The notes: generated by a model from the letters alone, not told the origin. A stretch of DNA of 63,915 nucleotides, filler included, from Choristocarpus tenellus KU-1152 (GCA_964200185.2; 9 parts of 9 records of this genome joined end to end with filler, not necessarily neighbours in it), one strand, 5' to 3'; positions 50,787 through 63,915 are shown, counted from the first letter of the whole stretch. Numbers and translations: made by a program.

Positions 50787-53700
50787 ATGTCCAGCAAGGC
50801 GTACCACGACCATCTGCACTCCCAACTCAAGGGTTGGGAAGTCGCATTTCGCGGTAAACACGGCCGACTACCGAGCCGTGAGGACTACAATGCTCTGGAA
50901 CATGAAGACACCATGCGCGCTAAGCTGGTATACAGGGCCTATGTCGAGCTCAACAAGGCGACTGGGGACAGCTTCACCAAGGTGAGGTGGTTCAGGGTAG
51001 CGCAGTCTATGGTCGTATTACTCTGGTGCAGGAGTTGCTCTGTTGTGCAATGCCATGAGGTTGGACCTCAAAGTACCACGGAAACATATTTATTTTCGTG
51101 TACTGGCATAACTCGATACTTCTTCCCTCATAGAAATCCTTAGGGGTATTCGTCCAAGCAACGCCGTGTGCAAAGTCATGTTCACACGGCTTTCAACCTC
51201 GCGCCCCCTTCGAGTCACCCTGAGGGTGAAAAGGCAGCTGCCCCTCGTTACCGCAGCCTTCCACGATTACTTATTGGCATGCAATATAACGAACTTGCAA
51301 ATGCCAGTGAGTCAGGATCTTGCCACTCGCATCCTCGTTGCCTGTGTGCTCAATCCCCATATATAACCGCAACGATAGATTGAACCATACAAATGATCCG
51401 TGCCCTTTATGTGAGATGTCAGCCCATTAACAGGTATTGTAGTTGCGACCAAGACTTTGCATCCCCTGCCTTGAGAAATCTGTCCACAAGAAAGACCACA
51501 AGAGGCCCTTAAACTTGCCTTCACCTCTTTTGCTTTGGGAAGAGTCTGGCATCACGTGGCAAGACTAAAAGTTTGATCATTATTGGAGGACCGGCTAGCC
51601 AACAAGGTGCACCTGGGACACCACACGCCATTGGCAATCATGGGCACACCAGCAGTACCACAAGAGATCCTATAGCTACTGTGCGTGACCGCAAATCCCA
51701 GAGCAAGGCAATCGCTGAACATGAGGCTATCACGGAGTTGTTGCGGCCCAAGGTTCAACCCCGCAGTCTCAGCCATACGGCGCTTGGAGCTTCAGGGAAT
51801 GCCGTCCTCGCGGCCAGAGATGGACATGAGCACGCTAGAGAGAGGCAGGTAGCCCGGCGTAAATGGCTGTTACCAGGTTCTGGTGGTGCTAATGGTGGTG
51901 GTGGCAGCATCTCAACCTCAGCTCGTGCACGAGCTATGGGTGCAATGGCAGAAGCAGAGGCGGATCTTTGCAAGCCTACTAGGAGAGATGCTAGTCTTGG
52001 ACCAAGGAGTTGTGGAGGCAGGCATGGTAATAACAGAACAGAAGCTGTTGGTGAGGTGTCTGAAGAAGTGGGAAAACGTAAGGATGGAGGACATGTTCAA
52101 GGCAGGGGCAAGAGATCAGAACAGAGTGATGGGTGCGATGGTTCTCATGACCAAGAAAAGGATCTGACACTGGAGCAGGGTTGCAAGGGGGGAGAGGAGG
52201 GACAAGTCGAAAATCCAGACATAGGAGCACGTGGTAGGCCAGAGGAAAACACCATGCTCCCCAACAAAAAAACAAGAATGATTAGCAGACCTCAAGTCAG
52301 AGGCATAGGGAGCTTCCCAACACCACTTGGAGTCACCCACCCTGTAAGGAGAAAACACCCTTCAGGGACTAGAGGAAGTTCGTCCGTGGCAACAGCGGTA
52401 CCAGGGCTTCCAAGACGAGGACCCACTATCAGTGAACGTGAGTCACCAAAGCAGGACAAAGCTAGGCTGGCTGCTGCGCTTGCTGATGCAGTCAGGGATG
52501 ACAAGGGTAGCAGTGGCAGTGGCACATGCGTTGCACATACCCCACTCATAGTGGACACCACTGCCTGTGGCAAAGCTAAGGCCGACTGTAGGACCGAGTC
52601 TGAACGGATTATTAGCAGTGTGATTTGTGGAAGTAGTAAAGCTGTTTCCCACCGTACGTCATGGAGTTCCAGAGGTAAAGGAGGCGTTGTTCCTTTCTCC
52701 TCATCAAATCCATCCTCTAAATGTGATGAATCTCTAGTGCCGGTCAGTAAAACAGACCATTTTGGTCTGGTCGAGGGAGGAGATACAGAAGAGAGATGCC
52801 TAGGAAATGAACAGGCTTTTTTGCTGAGGCAGCAGCAGAGCCTAGGCGAGATATCTCGGCAAGATTGGAAGCTAAGAGTGTCCCGTGTTGTGGAGAGACT
52901 GAGGGAGGAGGAGCAGGTAGAGCAGGCAGGAAGGGGCTCTGGGACCATGGATGCTGCATACCTTGTTGAGGACAGTCCCTCGGCAATCACAGGCAAGGTG
53001 AGGAATAATGACTGCCATGGTAAGGGGTGACACAAAGTTTGTTTGGTGTGGGCAGTGGGAGTGACAAGAGCTAGTTCGTGATCATGCCATTGAAGCAAGG
53101 ACTATGCCGAGCGAAAAGCCAAGAGTACATCCACCAAGCAGCCTATTACAGAGCATCTAGTGACCGTTCACAGGGTATCTTTCGTGTCTTCTTTGCTAAG
53201 TCAGGGTTAGGATTAGGATTAGGGTTAGGGTTAGGGTATCTTTTGCTGGGTTTCACGTTTATGGCAGTATTTTAATTTTGATGCTCTACTACTGGTGGTA
53301 GCTACATATTGGATAGACTGTAATGGACGCATGAATGTCATGGTGACACTGTTGTGGACGGCATAGGCACCGTGTTTTGTAGGTCAGTGGATGCGCTCCT
53401 CAGTTTACAAGGGGTTGGTTTACAATAGTACAAGCTGTTCCAACACCTCTCACCTCCATCCCCCTTGACACGGCCTTTTCTGCGTCCAGGTAACAATAGG
53501 CCTTAGGTCTCCCCCACCATAGAGGTGTGTATTAGATTAACGTTTTGCAAACTACTGGCCCCTATTCCTGCATCAACCTGTACCTTATAGCCTCCACCTA
53601 CAGCCCCTTCCATTTCTTCTTGCTCGGCCAAAAGACAGCTCTCCTCTGTCATACATTAACCCTAACCCTAATCCCTCCTTGTTGATTGCAGGACTAAAAA

Positions 53701-55317
53701 TAAACTGCCACTACAGATGTCTAGGAAGGGACTCACCATGTCCGTTTTTCTAACCTTAGCCCTAACTCTTGCCCCTTCTAATTTACAATGATAACCCTAA
53801 CCCTATCTTGCCCCAAATATATTACAATCACAACACTAACCCTAAATCTGACCGTGACCCGGACCCTAAGGCACAGGATGGGAGCAACGGCCTCAACAGC
53901 ACCGATGCATGTGATTTCAGCCCAGAATGTAAATTAAAGACTCTTGTTGGAAGTCTTAAAGAGAGTTTGGTGCAGAGGAGTAGTGTACCTCAAAGGAGAG
54001 AGGAAAAAGAAAGTGAAGGCTGCTACACCTTGTGTAAAGGAGGAAGGCAACGCTACGAAGACCTACATCGGGTCGGCAATGCAACCTCCGGTGATCCTAC
54101 AGAAAAGGGTAATGAGGGAGGTGTCGTGGTGTATGGATCAGACCACGATGAACCCAATGCCCAGACCAGGAATCCTCAGTCTCAGGTTAGGGCAGAAGGC
54201 AAGACAATAGATGGCCCCAGAATTGAAGCTGGGGTCAGGTTCTGTGCTGTAGCCAACTCTGGAGTCAGTGCTAGGGCGGGGACTAGGGCTGATCGAGGTG
54301 ATGGTGGCAGTGGCAGTGGCAGTGGCAGTGCTTTGAGGGGAAGGAGGGTCATCTCCAAGCAGAAGGGGCGGCAGGGGGAGGTAAGAGGTCACACCTAGCC
54401 CTATCCTTAACCCTAACTGTAGGTGTGTATGATAGAATTTGATAGAATTTTTTTTATCGCTGAGAGGTAAAGACATTCTACTGGCTGAGTACAATAATAG
54501 TATGTTATTTCTACGGCAATACCATGTTGTTGACACAGTGGGCATGGCAGGCGGTGTGCTCTCTCTTCTTGTTCAAATTGGTGAGAAATAGGAGGGCTTT
54601 CATCAGTGAAGAGCTACTGACTCCACCAAGGTGTTGCCTGATTTTGAGTTTGGATCATATATGCCGAAACCACAAAAAGTCCTGTTGCCAAGGGTATTGG
54701 ATGTTAGGGTCAGGGGAAACAATATTCCTTGTCAACCACGTTTACTGATTGCTCTATGTAGCAAGAACCACTGCTTGTTTGTGTACTGAATACTTGTGAC
54801 GATGTTTTATATACAGTTTAGATACAGTTCACATGTCCCTCTCCCACGTTGACGGGTTGATGACTCAGGTAAGAAACACGGCCTAGAACTACCTCAACTC
54901 ATCCCTTAATCTCACAGTCAATCTATTGTTTTCTCGTTAGTATTTGTATTTGTATTTGTATTATATTTATATATGTAGTTGTGGCGGAATGAGAGTGTAG
55001 CCTGACCTCTGTTGTTGAAGAATGATGCCTTGCTGGTTATAGACGTGCATTGGAGCACAATTTTACAACCATTTGCAGCAACATACATACATACATACGT
55101 ATGTTCATACACAGACCAGCCAATGAGCTGTTGAACTATCAAATATCCCGACCCAACTGCCAAACAACGTGAAGGTGAGTGATAACTTTGTCCGTACAGA
55201 TCTGAAGAGTAGGGGGAGCTCCCGTTTCAAGCGCAAGGGTAGTCTACGAAGCAAGGCTAGGGGGGGTGCCACCGCCAGGGGTCACCGTGTAGGAAGGGGT
55301 TTCCATAAGTTCAGCAG
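50787..55317 (+). CDS. RECQL4: RECQL4/Sld2-like protein, N-terminal part (helicase core not in the contig)
   Basis: Exon 1 (50787-50981) has the Sld2/Drc1-type LKGWEVAFRGKHGRLPSRED...YRAYVEL. Exons ~51543-52997, 53877-54380 and 55175-55317; the last has VSDNFVRTDLK (cf. RecQ4 SxNFVRLN). Confidence 0.78.
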
Positions 55318-55442
55318 GTTTGTGCCGCATTGATTGGAGCTGAAGGCTTCTTTTTGTTTCTTTGAAGTATCCACATTTTGGTAATTCCCCTGTTGGCAGA
55401 GGGGTTTGATTTGATTTGTTCGGAAGTAGGTAATGAGTGAAA

Positions 55443-55480
<38 letters not shown>

Positions 55481-56165
55481 GTGTTTTGTTTTGTTTTGTT
55501 TTTATAGGTAGAACGATGTGAATGGATGGAAATGGAAATATTCTCCAGTATTTATGTATGTGTATGTGTGCGTGTGTTTTTGATTTTGAAGCAAATCGAA
55601 AATAACATCTTTTTTTTTTGAAGCTTACTTGGTACCTGGGAAAGAACCAAGCCTGTCCCCTCGAATCTGTACTTAGGGTTAGGGTCCAAGGATTTTTGGT
55701 CTTACTTATTGTTGTGCTGGGATGGTACATACATGTAAACATAGAGCACATAGTGCACATGTTTTAGGTATCTCGGGCAGAGCATCAGATTAGGGTCAGG
55801 GTTTCCTCCCTAGCCCTAACCCTAACCCTAACCCTTTTTTTTTACAAGGTACCGTGTGCAGAGCGTGATTAAGTGCGCAAGCACCCAGTTCACAGTACCT
55901 TGTGAACTAAGTATGTGGACAGAATCTTCAACGGAAGGGGACAGGAGAGACTTAACTTTTTGTATGCAAATAACTTTCCCTGAGGTGTTAGATTTCCCTG
56001 TGCTGTGTGAAGTCTGCTAGGGTATGGTTTTTTCATGTTTCATTTTAGGGTTAGGGTTAGAAGGTTGGAGTGGCTTAGATTGGTACTTCTTTTCTATTTC
56101 AGGCAGGAACCGTGCTTGAATTTTTTTGCTCTTGTGGCAAGAGTCCTAACCCTAACCCTAACCCC
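53202..56165. repeat. Short interstitial TTAGGG/CCCTAA tracts
   Basis: Tracts at ~53202-53236, 53657-53674, 53751-53843, 55674-55686, 55790-55833, 56045-56060 and 56147-56164. Confidence 0.85.
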
Positions 56166-56772
56166 TTGCACCCAATATAACCCAATATAATCAACCGACA
56201 CTGCATGTTTTGCCCCACCTCCCCCAGCCCAAGACCCCACCCTGTCCCATCACCCGTAACCCCCAGCTGGCCGGTCCTCCTTGATCTTCACCCCNNNNNN
56301 NNNNNNNNNNNNNNNNNNNNNNNNNNNNNNNNNNNNNNTTAATTAATTAANNNNNNNNNNNNNNNNNNNNNNNNNNNNNNNNNNNNNNNNNNNNGGGGTG
56401 GGGGGTTGGGGGGGGGTTGCCGCCCCCCCCCCCCAACCCCCTTCTTTTTAATCCTTGGTTTTTTTCCCCCACGCCCCCCCCCCCCCCCCCCTCCCCCATA
56501 CACATACATGCCTTACTGGACCTCATTCTGCCTTCTCCTTAAACCTTCTCCTGACTCATTCCAGTGCCTGTTCAATTAGACCAATGTCCCTCCCTGTTCT
56601 ACCACATCAAAGTGTTGTGTTCTTGTATTGTATTGTACTTACACCTTTGCCTCCACTCATGCACATGAACATTCTGGTCTGTCTTTTTCTATGATTGCCT
56701 GCCTGCCTGCCTGCCTGCCCTCTTTATTGACTGGATGATGGCGATCGTTTCATTGCTGTTGCTTGATTTCAG

Positions 56773-59710
56773 AGCTACGGCATGTCTCCTGTCATGGCGG
56801 GCTATATATCCGGTGTGTGCCTAGAAAATAAATATAAAAAAAGGATCAAGATAAAACTTTCATTAGATTGTGATTATTTTGAATGTAGGGAGTTATATTG
56901 GTTTGTGTTGGAGATGTGGATAGGGAGGTGGTATTATATTGTGACTTGGGGGTTGATGGACTTACCCATATCGATAGACAGGCTCTTCCTCTTGTTTCTC
57001 CAGAAAAATCTCAAGATTTGCATTGCACACCAGTCCTCTCTTTGTCCCACCATTCTACTGAATTGCCCCAGGGCTGTTTCTTGTTGCTACGTAGTGCATC
57101 AAACCGCCCACAGATTTCCGACTCGTGAGAGATAACGTCCTACTGTAAAGAAAGATGGTATTGGAGCGTGAGCACAATTGCCCTGTGGCATCAACACAAA
57201 GGCTTTCTGTTCATACCCAAGAACCATGCATGATGAACCATGCATGATGAACCATGCATGATGAACAGATGCCCGTGCGACATGGATGTTGCACACACTT
57301 TGTCCAGTTGACATGGATGCTTCGGTGAAGACCCCACGCTTTGACTCTTGAAGCTTGACTCTTGAAGCTTGACTCTTGAAGCTTGACTCTTGAAGCTTGA
57401 CTCTTGAAGATTGACTCTTGAAGCTTGACTCTTGAAGCTTGACTCTTGAAGCTTGACTCTTGAAGATTGACTCTTGAAGCTTGACTCTTGAAGCTTGACT
57501 CTTGAAGATTGACTCTTGCATGTGTCTGCTTGCATCCATCACCGCTTACGACCCTAACCCTAGCAAATGCGTAAGTGATAAGGTCTGCCGGAATGGGATG
57601 GCTTTACTTCTGTGAAAGAAACTCATGATGGTATGAGCCATTTAGTTTATATCGTCGGTGGTACATATAGAAATGTATTTTGGCTGTATATGCTAACACT
57701 CTCACACCGATTTGCTGATCCCTGCATTATCTGGTTGGTGTGAATCATAGATTCATTGTCAATATTTGTGTGCCGCTGATTTTTTTTGGATATGTTTATT
57801 TATTTCCCTGGACTTGATGACATGAAGACTCTGCTTGTGGAACAAATTGTTGCAAAATTGATAAAAAGGATGATGTTGATGTCTTGCACTCAGCCCTCCA
57901 CCTCTGTTCAATGATGGTGACTTTTTTTGTACCCTTGGTGCATGAGCGATCTCGCTCTTACTCTCACTCTCTGACATCAAATCTTAAGTGTACTATCTTA
58001 AACACCCTATCTTAAACACCCTATCTTAAACACCCAATCTTAAACAGATGCCGAGATTTAACAATGTTGGTGATTGAGAGTATGATGGAGCGAGTAAGAT
58101 AGGGGTTGTCGCAGGAGAGCAAATGCATCCTATTGGCTGAGGGCAAGATAGAGGCAATGCCATTGGTGCAATTCTTTCTGTTTACACTTTCCTATCTAAC
58201 CCCCTAAGGCACCCCCCACCCCCCACCCCCCACCCTCCCGTCCCGTCCAGCGTTGATGCCTCTCGTGGTGGTGTTTTGTGCACCTCTGGCAGGGCTAGTG
58301 CTAGATTACTTTGGCCACCAGATATACGTTCTTCTTATTGCTGGAGTGATCACAACAGCAGGCTACATCTTTCTTGCCCAGGCAAGAGCACACTTATCGT
58401 CATGATAGCAACAACTTGTGTGATGGTTTGCATTACTACTCTTCTACTACATAATATATATATATATATTATATATATATATATTTTAATCTCTGTATGA
58501 ATATTCGTGTGGTATATGAAGGTTGGAAACATTGAGAAATCGATTGCAATCTTCTTAGTGTGAGTAAGAGCTGTTTCGAAGTTGTGGACTTGAGTGCTCT
58601 CAATGGGATGGTCTGGTTTATTCAAGTCGCTTGATGCACTCTACTGGTACTATCCTGACTCTGCACAGCACGGCACTTAATTTTTATCTCTTCCTGTATC
58701 ACGGACAAATCACAATGTGTTTCTCGAATTTACATCGCAATACATGGAGCTATTGGGACACATGTCACAATCCTTTCAATGTGAAACACACACATATAGT
58801 ACTATCTCCAACTGCTGGCATTGAATACCCAAGTGGCGTGCTTCTGGAAGAGGGACACTATGAAGCATTTACACCATTATGAAGGAACCCTCCAACCTCT
58901 AACAAGTCTTGGCTACATTGTTACATATGTGTATGTGTTTGTATACACTGCCTATCCCTCTATTCCCATCCTCCTATCTTCCCGCTCTCAGGACAAAATC
59001 AATCCAGTTGTGTGTATCCTGATGCTGGCTTTGTGCGAGTCCTTCGTCCCAACAATTTTGCTCAGTGCACTACCTCTGACAGTGCATCACTCTGTCTATG
59101 GGGCTGCCTTTGGCATTTGTGAGGTTAGTGTTTGGTGCTGTGGTGTGTTGCCTTGAACAACTCGGTGGTTTCGTGAGGGTGATGGTGAACACACTTTCTC
59201 GTTGGTTTCGTTGAGTGCCTTTAGCAGGAAAGTTTTGATCATTTTTGTTCATGAGATGACGTAAGAATACAGTTTCTATTTGTTGCTCCGCAGTGATGTC
59301 ACATGAAGGTGTGGATAATTGTGCCTACGTGTCTAGGCTGATCTGTGGTTGTGTAGAGAAGGTTCTGGGCAAGGGTATAGCCTTGTGTGACGACAAATGC
59401 ATGTATGTACCAATTCATTCCCCCCCTCCCCCCCACCCCCCTTCCCTTCCCTGCTTCCTGATCTGATCGTCCATCCCTTCAATACACGTGAATACAGGTC
59501 TTTTCTGCAGTGTACAATGTGTTCAGCAATTGGATGTTTGGACTCTCCCGAAATGAGACCTCATCCTATAATGCAGACATTTTTGCTTTGGTATTCATAT
59601 GCTTTGCATGCCTTGCCCTTACAGTATACCTCCTTGTCTGGGATTTGCAGCATGGTGGCAATCTCAATATGCCTAGGAAGCGATATGGGCTAGCATCTCT
59701 AGCCTCCTGA
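56773..59710 (+). CDS. MFS transporter, MFSD1-like (C-terminal part)
   Basis: Exons 56773-56812, 58251-58381 (GC donor), 58992-59123 and 59498-59710. Motifs APLAGLVLDYFG, LPLTVHHSVYGAAFG and WDLQHGGNLN. Confidence 0.85.
57341..57518. repeat. 14-bp minisatellite (TTGACTCTTGAAG[C/A]) x12.7
   Basis: Direct tandem units with no spacers, inside an MFS intron. Confidence 0.97.
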
Positions 59711-61711
59711 TTTTCCGATTTCAAGAGCCAGCGGGAAATGGAGTCGATCGTTTTTTGATGTTACGTAGGGTCCCCTTGTGAGCAGGAAGGCCTATGACTG
59801 AGGAGTATCTGTCTAACAGCCACATGCAGGAGGCATAGAATTTATCTGGTTTATGTAGACTTCATAAATTGTACAGTTTGTACTTGTGATGTGGAGTTGA
59901 TGGTCCATGCGTGGTGTGTGTAGATGTGATTCACCTAATGTTGCATGTCCTGTACTATGTGATGTTCTTGGTTGGATGGAAGAGACTGGCGAGATTATTA
60001 ATTCAGTGGTGCCCTCGTCGTAGTCTTGACAGACTAGGCGACTTGGCAACAAGATAAGTGTTTTTGAATGTTTATCTGCTTTTTTGGTGTTTGGCGGGGT
60101 ACTTGAAAGTGCACCCCTATGTAGGGTAAGCTCTGGTGTTGCTATTCGCAGGTGAAGCGACAGTTGTGCAAATCGTTTTCTTCTTCAGCATTGTAACTCT
60201 TTTGTTGCATACATTTTGACACACCTGTCATCATGATCAGAATCGAAGGAGTCCGTGCTGTGTGACGCAAACCTAGCTAGGTGATGGTGAAGGAGGTTTC
60301 CTGTGATTGAATGTTGCTGTATCTTGCTCATGTATGTGGAGATTCTGTTCTTCTTACGTTATTGGTGAAATTGCTTCTTCGGAAGTACCTAGAAGAGCTC
60401 TAATTTTGTTTTTAATTGGTCCATGTCTCCCACCAGGAATTTTCTTCTCTCTATCTGTGCGTGTGTGATCCATTGTAATAAAAAAAAACGTCGCTCATAT
60501 AAAATGGGCACGATTGTGAGAGCCATCTTCCACAGAAGGTATACCCTGATGGTGACCTATCTTGAAGATTATGATATTCATATGACATATGTTCTGGCAT
60601 GTTGAAGGTAACATCTGCTTGAAGTAAGATCGGATGGTTTGGAGTGACCTTACCAAACCCCCCTCTTTCAGTTACCACTACTGGAATACTCTTTTCCTGA
60701 GTGATCTTCTGAGGGGTTGCTCTCCCTTTTTTGACTTGTCTCTCTTTGATCTTGCCTCCTGTGGGTCTTCCCGCTCTCCTTCATTACGAAGAACCTGTCG
60801 GCTTGTTTCCATCATTTTATTTATAACGATCTGTTTCACACCTGGTCACATTTATTTATAACGAATGAAAAGCCGTTCTTTCCTACCGATCTTTTTATTA
60901 TAGAAGGGGAACAAGGGCATTTTAGAACACACAAAAAATTGATTCTTTGGGGAGGGCGGAAGCACTGTTGGTGTTTTTTCACCCCCTTTCTAGACGCTCG
61001 GGTATGCCCACTCCCTCAACAAACCATAAGTATCAATCAGTCGGTAGGTAACCGGGTGGGTGGGTGCGGTCATTGTCATGTCCTAAATCACTAGATGGCG
61101 AGCTCGGTGATCGCTTCAAAAATCCAGGGAGGAGGTAGAATGAAAGGGTACGTATGTGATGATCGTTACATGTACCCAGTGCTTTACATGTGGCAATAAC
61201 TACTACTATTCAAACGACTTGCTACTTCTTCTACAGCCACAATAACTTCTATTTTTATTATTATGCCCTATAACTTACATCCTGTTATTTCGACTCTTTG
61301 AGTACTTCTCTACTGCACTATACAGTTTATGAATGGAAATTGTTTAAATTATACCACACGTTGAAATACCAACTGCAAACAATTTCCCATGCCCATGACT
61401 CCATCATGATCTTTTCATTATCTCTATTATTTTTATTATTATCTCTATTATTATAAAACTTTCGAAATTTTACGACTATCCTTACAACTAGATGTGGCAG
61501 AGGGAAGAAAAATTTAATCCTACCGATATGAACATGAAGCGTATGACCTAGGAAGGACTCCAACAAAATATTTACATGTAAAGCACCTAGTCAAAATCTG
61601 GTGAAAAATGTATCAAAATCCTTCGCTAGGGGTCAATTTCAGCCAGAAAACTTGTGCACAACTTTTAAGTCAAATCTTGAATAATGGCGCTAAGGGTTCA
61701 TGGGAACATCC

Positions 61712-61972
61712 ATGTTCAAGTATCTTAAGGGTAGAGACGCGTCCATTTTGGGTGCCAAAATCCAATGTTGCGATTTTGATGTAATTTTGGCTATCGTGCT
61801 TGCTAGGAAGTGTCAATATCCTTGTTCGGACACACCTTTTCAAATCGTGTACGTTTTACCTACTCCGAAACATTTCGGAGTAGATAAAATGTAATAAAAA
61901 CCCCGTGGGAAGTCAAGCCCCAAATAATGGACAAACAGGGTAAAAATCGTACCCTCCAAGATACTTCCAACC
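61712..61972 (-). mobile_element. MITE family A, copy A5
   Basis: AAGTATCTTAAGGGTAG...TACCCTCCAAGATACTT, colinear with A3/A4. TSD not recognisable. Confidence 0.88.
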
Positions 61973-62739
61973 GTGGTCGTTCTTTTAATTCTCCTGTGGT
62001 ATTTATTATATTTTTCCATGTCCATGGTGTCCTTTTGACCCTCCTCGCCAAGGAAATGTAAAAAAATAAAATAAATATGCCTTTCCATCAAGTCTTGCAT
62101 CTAATGTATAGTCCTTCCTTGATATCAGTCTTCCACGCAATGCACCACAACCCAACCAAGGCGAAATTGTTCAGTTAGCTTTGACCTGAATCAAGGTTTC
62201 AGAAACGACCAGGTTCATCCTTAGATTGGTGGTCTCAAAAGCTGCAAGTTGTAAAAAGAATGGAGAATATGTACGTAGTATGGAGACAATAGGGTCAACT
62301 TACACATCTCGTTCATCCATAGATGCATCTTCTAAAGTAGAACTTTGATATTGGAGCTAGTAGACACACAGAAAGCAAAACACTTCAAGCATTTGCTTTG
62401 TACCCAACTGAGTACTAAAGTCGACAGTCGGAATATTCAGAGTCCCTCAAGGTACTTCAAAGGTACAACTTCACAGGTACAACTGCACATGCTGAACTTA
62501 CAGGGTCACCGAGTGCTCAAGACACATACTTTCATCCCCTCCTCACAGCACTTTCTTGCTGGAAGAGAGAGGACACATGTAACTGGCACATGGCATCCTA
62601 AACTACGAAACACAAAACGATGACCGAGCATACATTAAAAAAAAAAGAACCAGAAACGTCACCGAATCCCAGTAGTGGAACAGAATAAAATGAACAAATG
62701 TATGCAACACTGTCATGCGAGGTAGCTATATTATGTACT

Positions 62740-63840
62740 CTATGTCAACACGCTCTTCCCTTCATCCATTTGAGATGAATCACTCTTCTCCTCTTGCTCC
62801 ATCATGTCGTGCCCCTCTTCCTCAATCTCCACTCTGGTCCTCTTCACCCCTTGCACCTGTTCCCTGTCGCCACTGCTTCCTTGTCCATCATGGTCAGAGT
62901 TCCTTCCGCCCCCCAGTGTGTCTCTCTCCGGTGTTACTATGGATGAACCCTCAACCTCAACTCCTGAAGCCTTCATGCTATTAACTCTCCTTCCTAGTAA
63001 CTCCATACCAATGGCACCATGTGCCGAACAGGCTCCATCACTGACCTCTCCACCAAGCACCTTAGTCCCAATACCCATTCCCCCAGACTCCCCATGCCCA
63101 GCAGAATTGTGTACACCTTGAGCACCCTTTGTCTTCACTGGTTCTTCATCATGACCCCCCTTACTACACGGTGGATCCAGCATTGACCTTGGTCGCTTAA
63201 CACCTCTCCCAGCTACAGGTTCTATGGGATCACGCAGACACACATCATGTCCAGGGCTACAGGACCCCACTACATCCTTCATCTCCTTTCTTCTGGCAGC
63301 TGGTGATTGAAGGAGATCTGCACCCGACCTGTTTTCAGAACCTGATGTCGCCATGACTCCGGTTCGAGATGCAGTTCCAGCTATTGCCTCCGGACCAACT
63401 TCAGTCCACGCCCCAGTCCCACCTGCAGTCCCTTCCCCATGCCTGGACTTCTCCACAGTGTCACCAGGTTGGAGCCCTGACCCAGCTCCAGGTCCTTCCC
63501 CTACCTTCTCACCTCCCCCCTTCCCAGCACCGGCCTGCTCCTCAGAATCAGTCCCTGATGCAGGGACCGCAGTCCTTGCTGCTTTTAAAGGGGCACCGCC
63601 GATATGAACCCCTCCACTTGAATGTGAAACCACTCCAGCCTTGACCCCAGCAATTGCACCTAAATCTAGGAAGGCTATTTTCCGGGATGGTGGACATACA
63701 CGGGATCGTTGACCTGCCCCAGACAGATCGCCCATGCCACCGCCAGAGGTTGGGGCTGGCCTCTTGAGTCGAAGCTTGGACTTGGCCAGCTTCCCTTTTC
63801 CGAGGCGGTCAGGCCAGAGTGCATTGCAGCATGCCCTTGC
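62740..63840 (-). CDS. Large low-complexity (Gly/Glu/Ala-rich) exon of an unknown gene
   Basis: >330-codon open frame with the same composition as the large exons of recognised genes here. No domain recognised. Confidence 0.6.
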   Translation of the reverse strand, partial: ARACCNALWPDRLGKGKLAKSKLRLKRPAPTSGGGMGDLSGAGQRSRVCPPSRKIAFLDLGAIAGVKAGVVSHSSGGVHIGGAPLKAARTAVPASGTDSEEQAGAGKGGGEKVGEGPGAGSGLQPGDTVEKSRHGEGTAGGTGAWTEVGPEAIAGTASRTGVMATSGSENRSGADLLQSPAARRKEMKDVVGSCSPGHDVCLRDPIEPVAGRGVKRPRSMLDPPCSKGGHDEEPVKTKGAQGVHNSAGHGESGGMGIGTKVLGGEVSDGACSAHGAIGMELLGRRVNSMKASGVEVEGSSIVTPERDTLGGGRNSDHDGQGSSGDREQVQGVKRTRVEIEEEGHDMMEQEEKSDSSQMDEGKSVLT

Positions 63841-63915
63841 CCTTCAACATATATATATATATATAGTTCAACATGGTCAGCGATGCAAGGATGGGGCGGG
63901 GGCGGGGGCGGGGGC

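Noticed and set aside
52292-53098. Long antisense ORFs over large exons (also 879-1879 and 29492-30352)
   Set aside because: Shadows of low-complexity coding sequence on the opposite strand.
57099-57542. Repetitive ORFs (QESSFKSQASRVKL)n, or a CRISPR-like array
   Set aside because: Translation of a 14-bp minisatellite in an intron; no unique spacers and no cas genes.

Overview
Eukaryotic, intron-rich nuclear DNA. It is probably a brown alga or related ochrophyte: there is an NPM-type (LIP) aquaporin, GT-AG introns, scattered TTAGGG motifs and apparent CpG depletion. The window is not contiguous. Nine short contigs are joined by artificial 100-nt N spacers containing TTAATTAATTAA, so adjacency across spacers is meaningless. 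Recognisable genes, with exons reconstructed by eye: a TPR+DUSP ubiquitin-protease N-terminus, a UBE3A-like HECT ligase N-terminus head-to-head with a PPR gene, an SDR, a complete six-exon LIP aquaporin divergent from a RECQL4/Sld2-like gene, and an MFSD1-like transporter C-terminus. Mobile DNA: two Sola2-like MITE families with 4-bp TSDs, a hAT transposase remnant, chromovirus-like and LINE-like fragments, and a third unclassified repeat. Best leads: (1) a MITE inserted in a coding exon that appears to have become a spliceable, frame-preserving intron; (2) a contig carrying a decayed beta-class amino-DNA-methyltransferase-like gene downstream of a decayed SWIM/CxC (KDZ-like) transposase-like gene. 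All homology calls come from motif recognition, not database searches.
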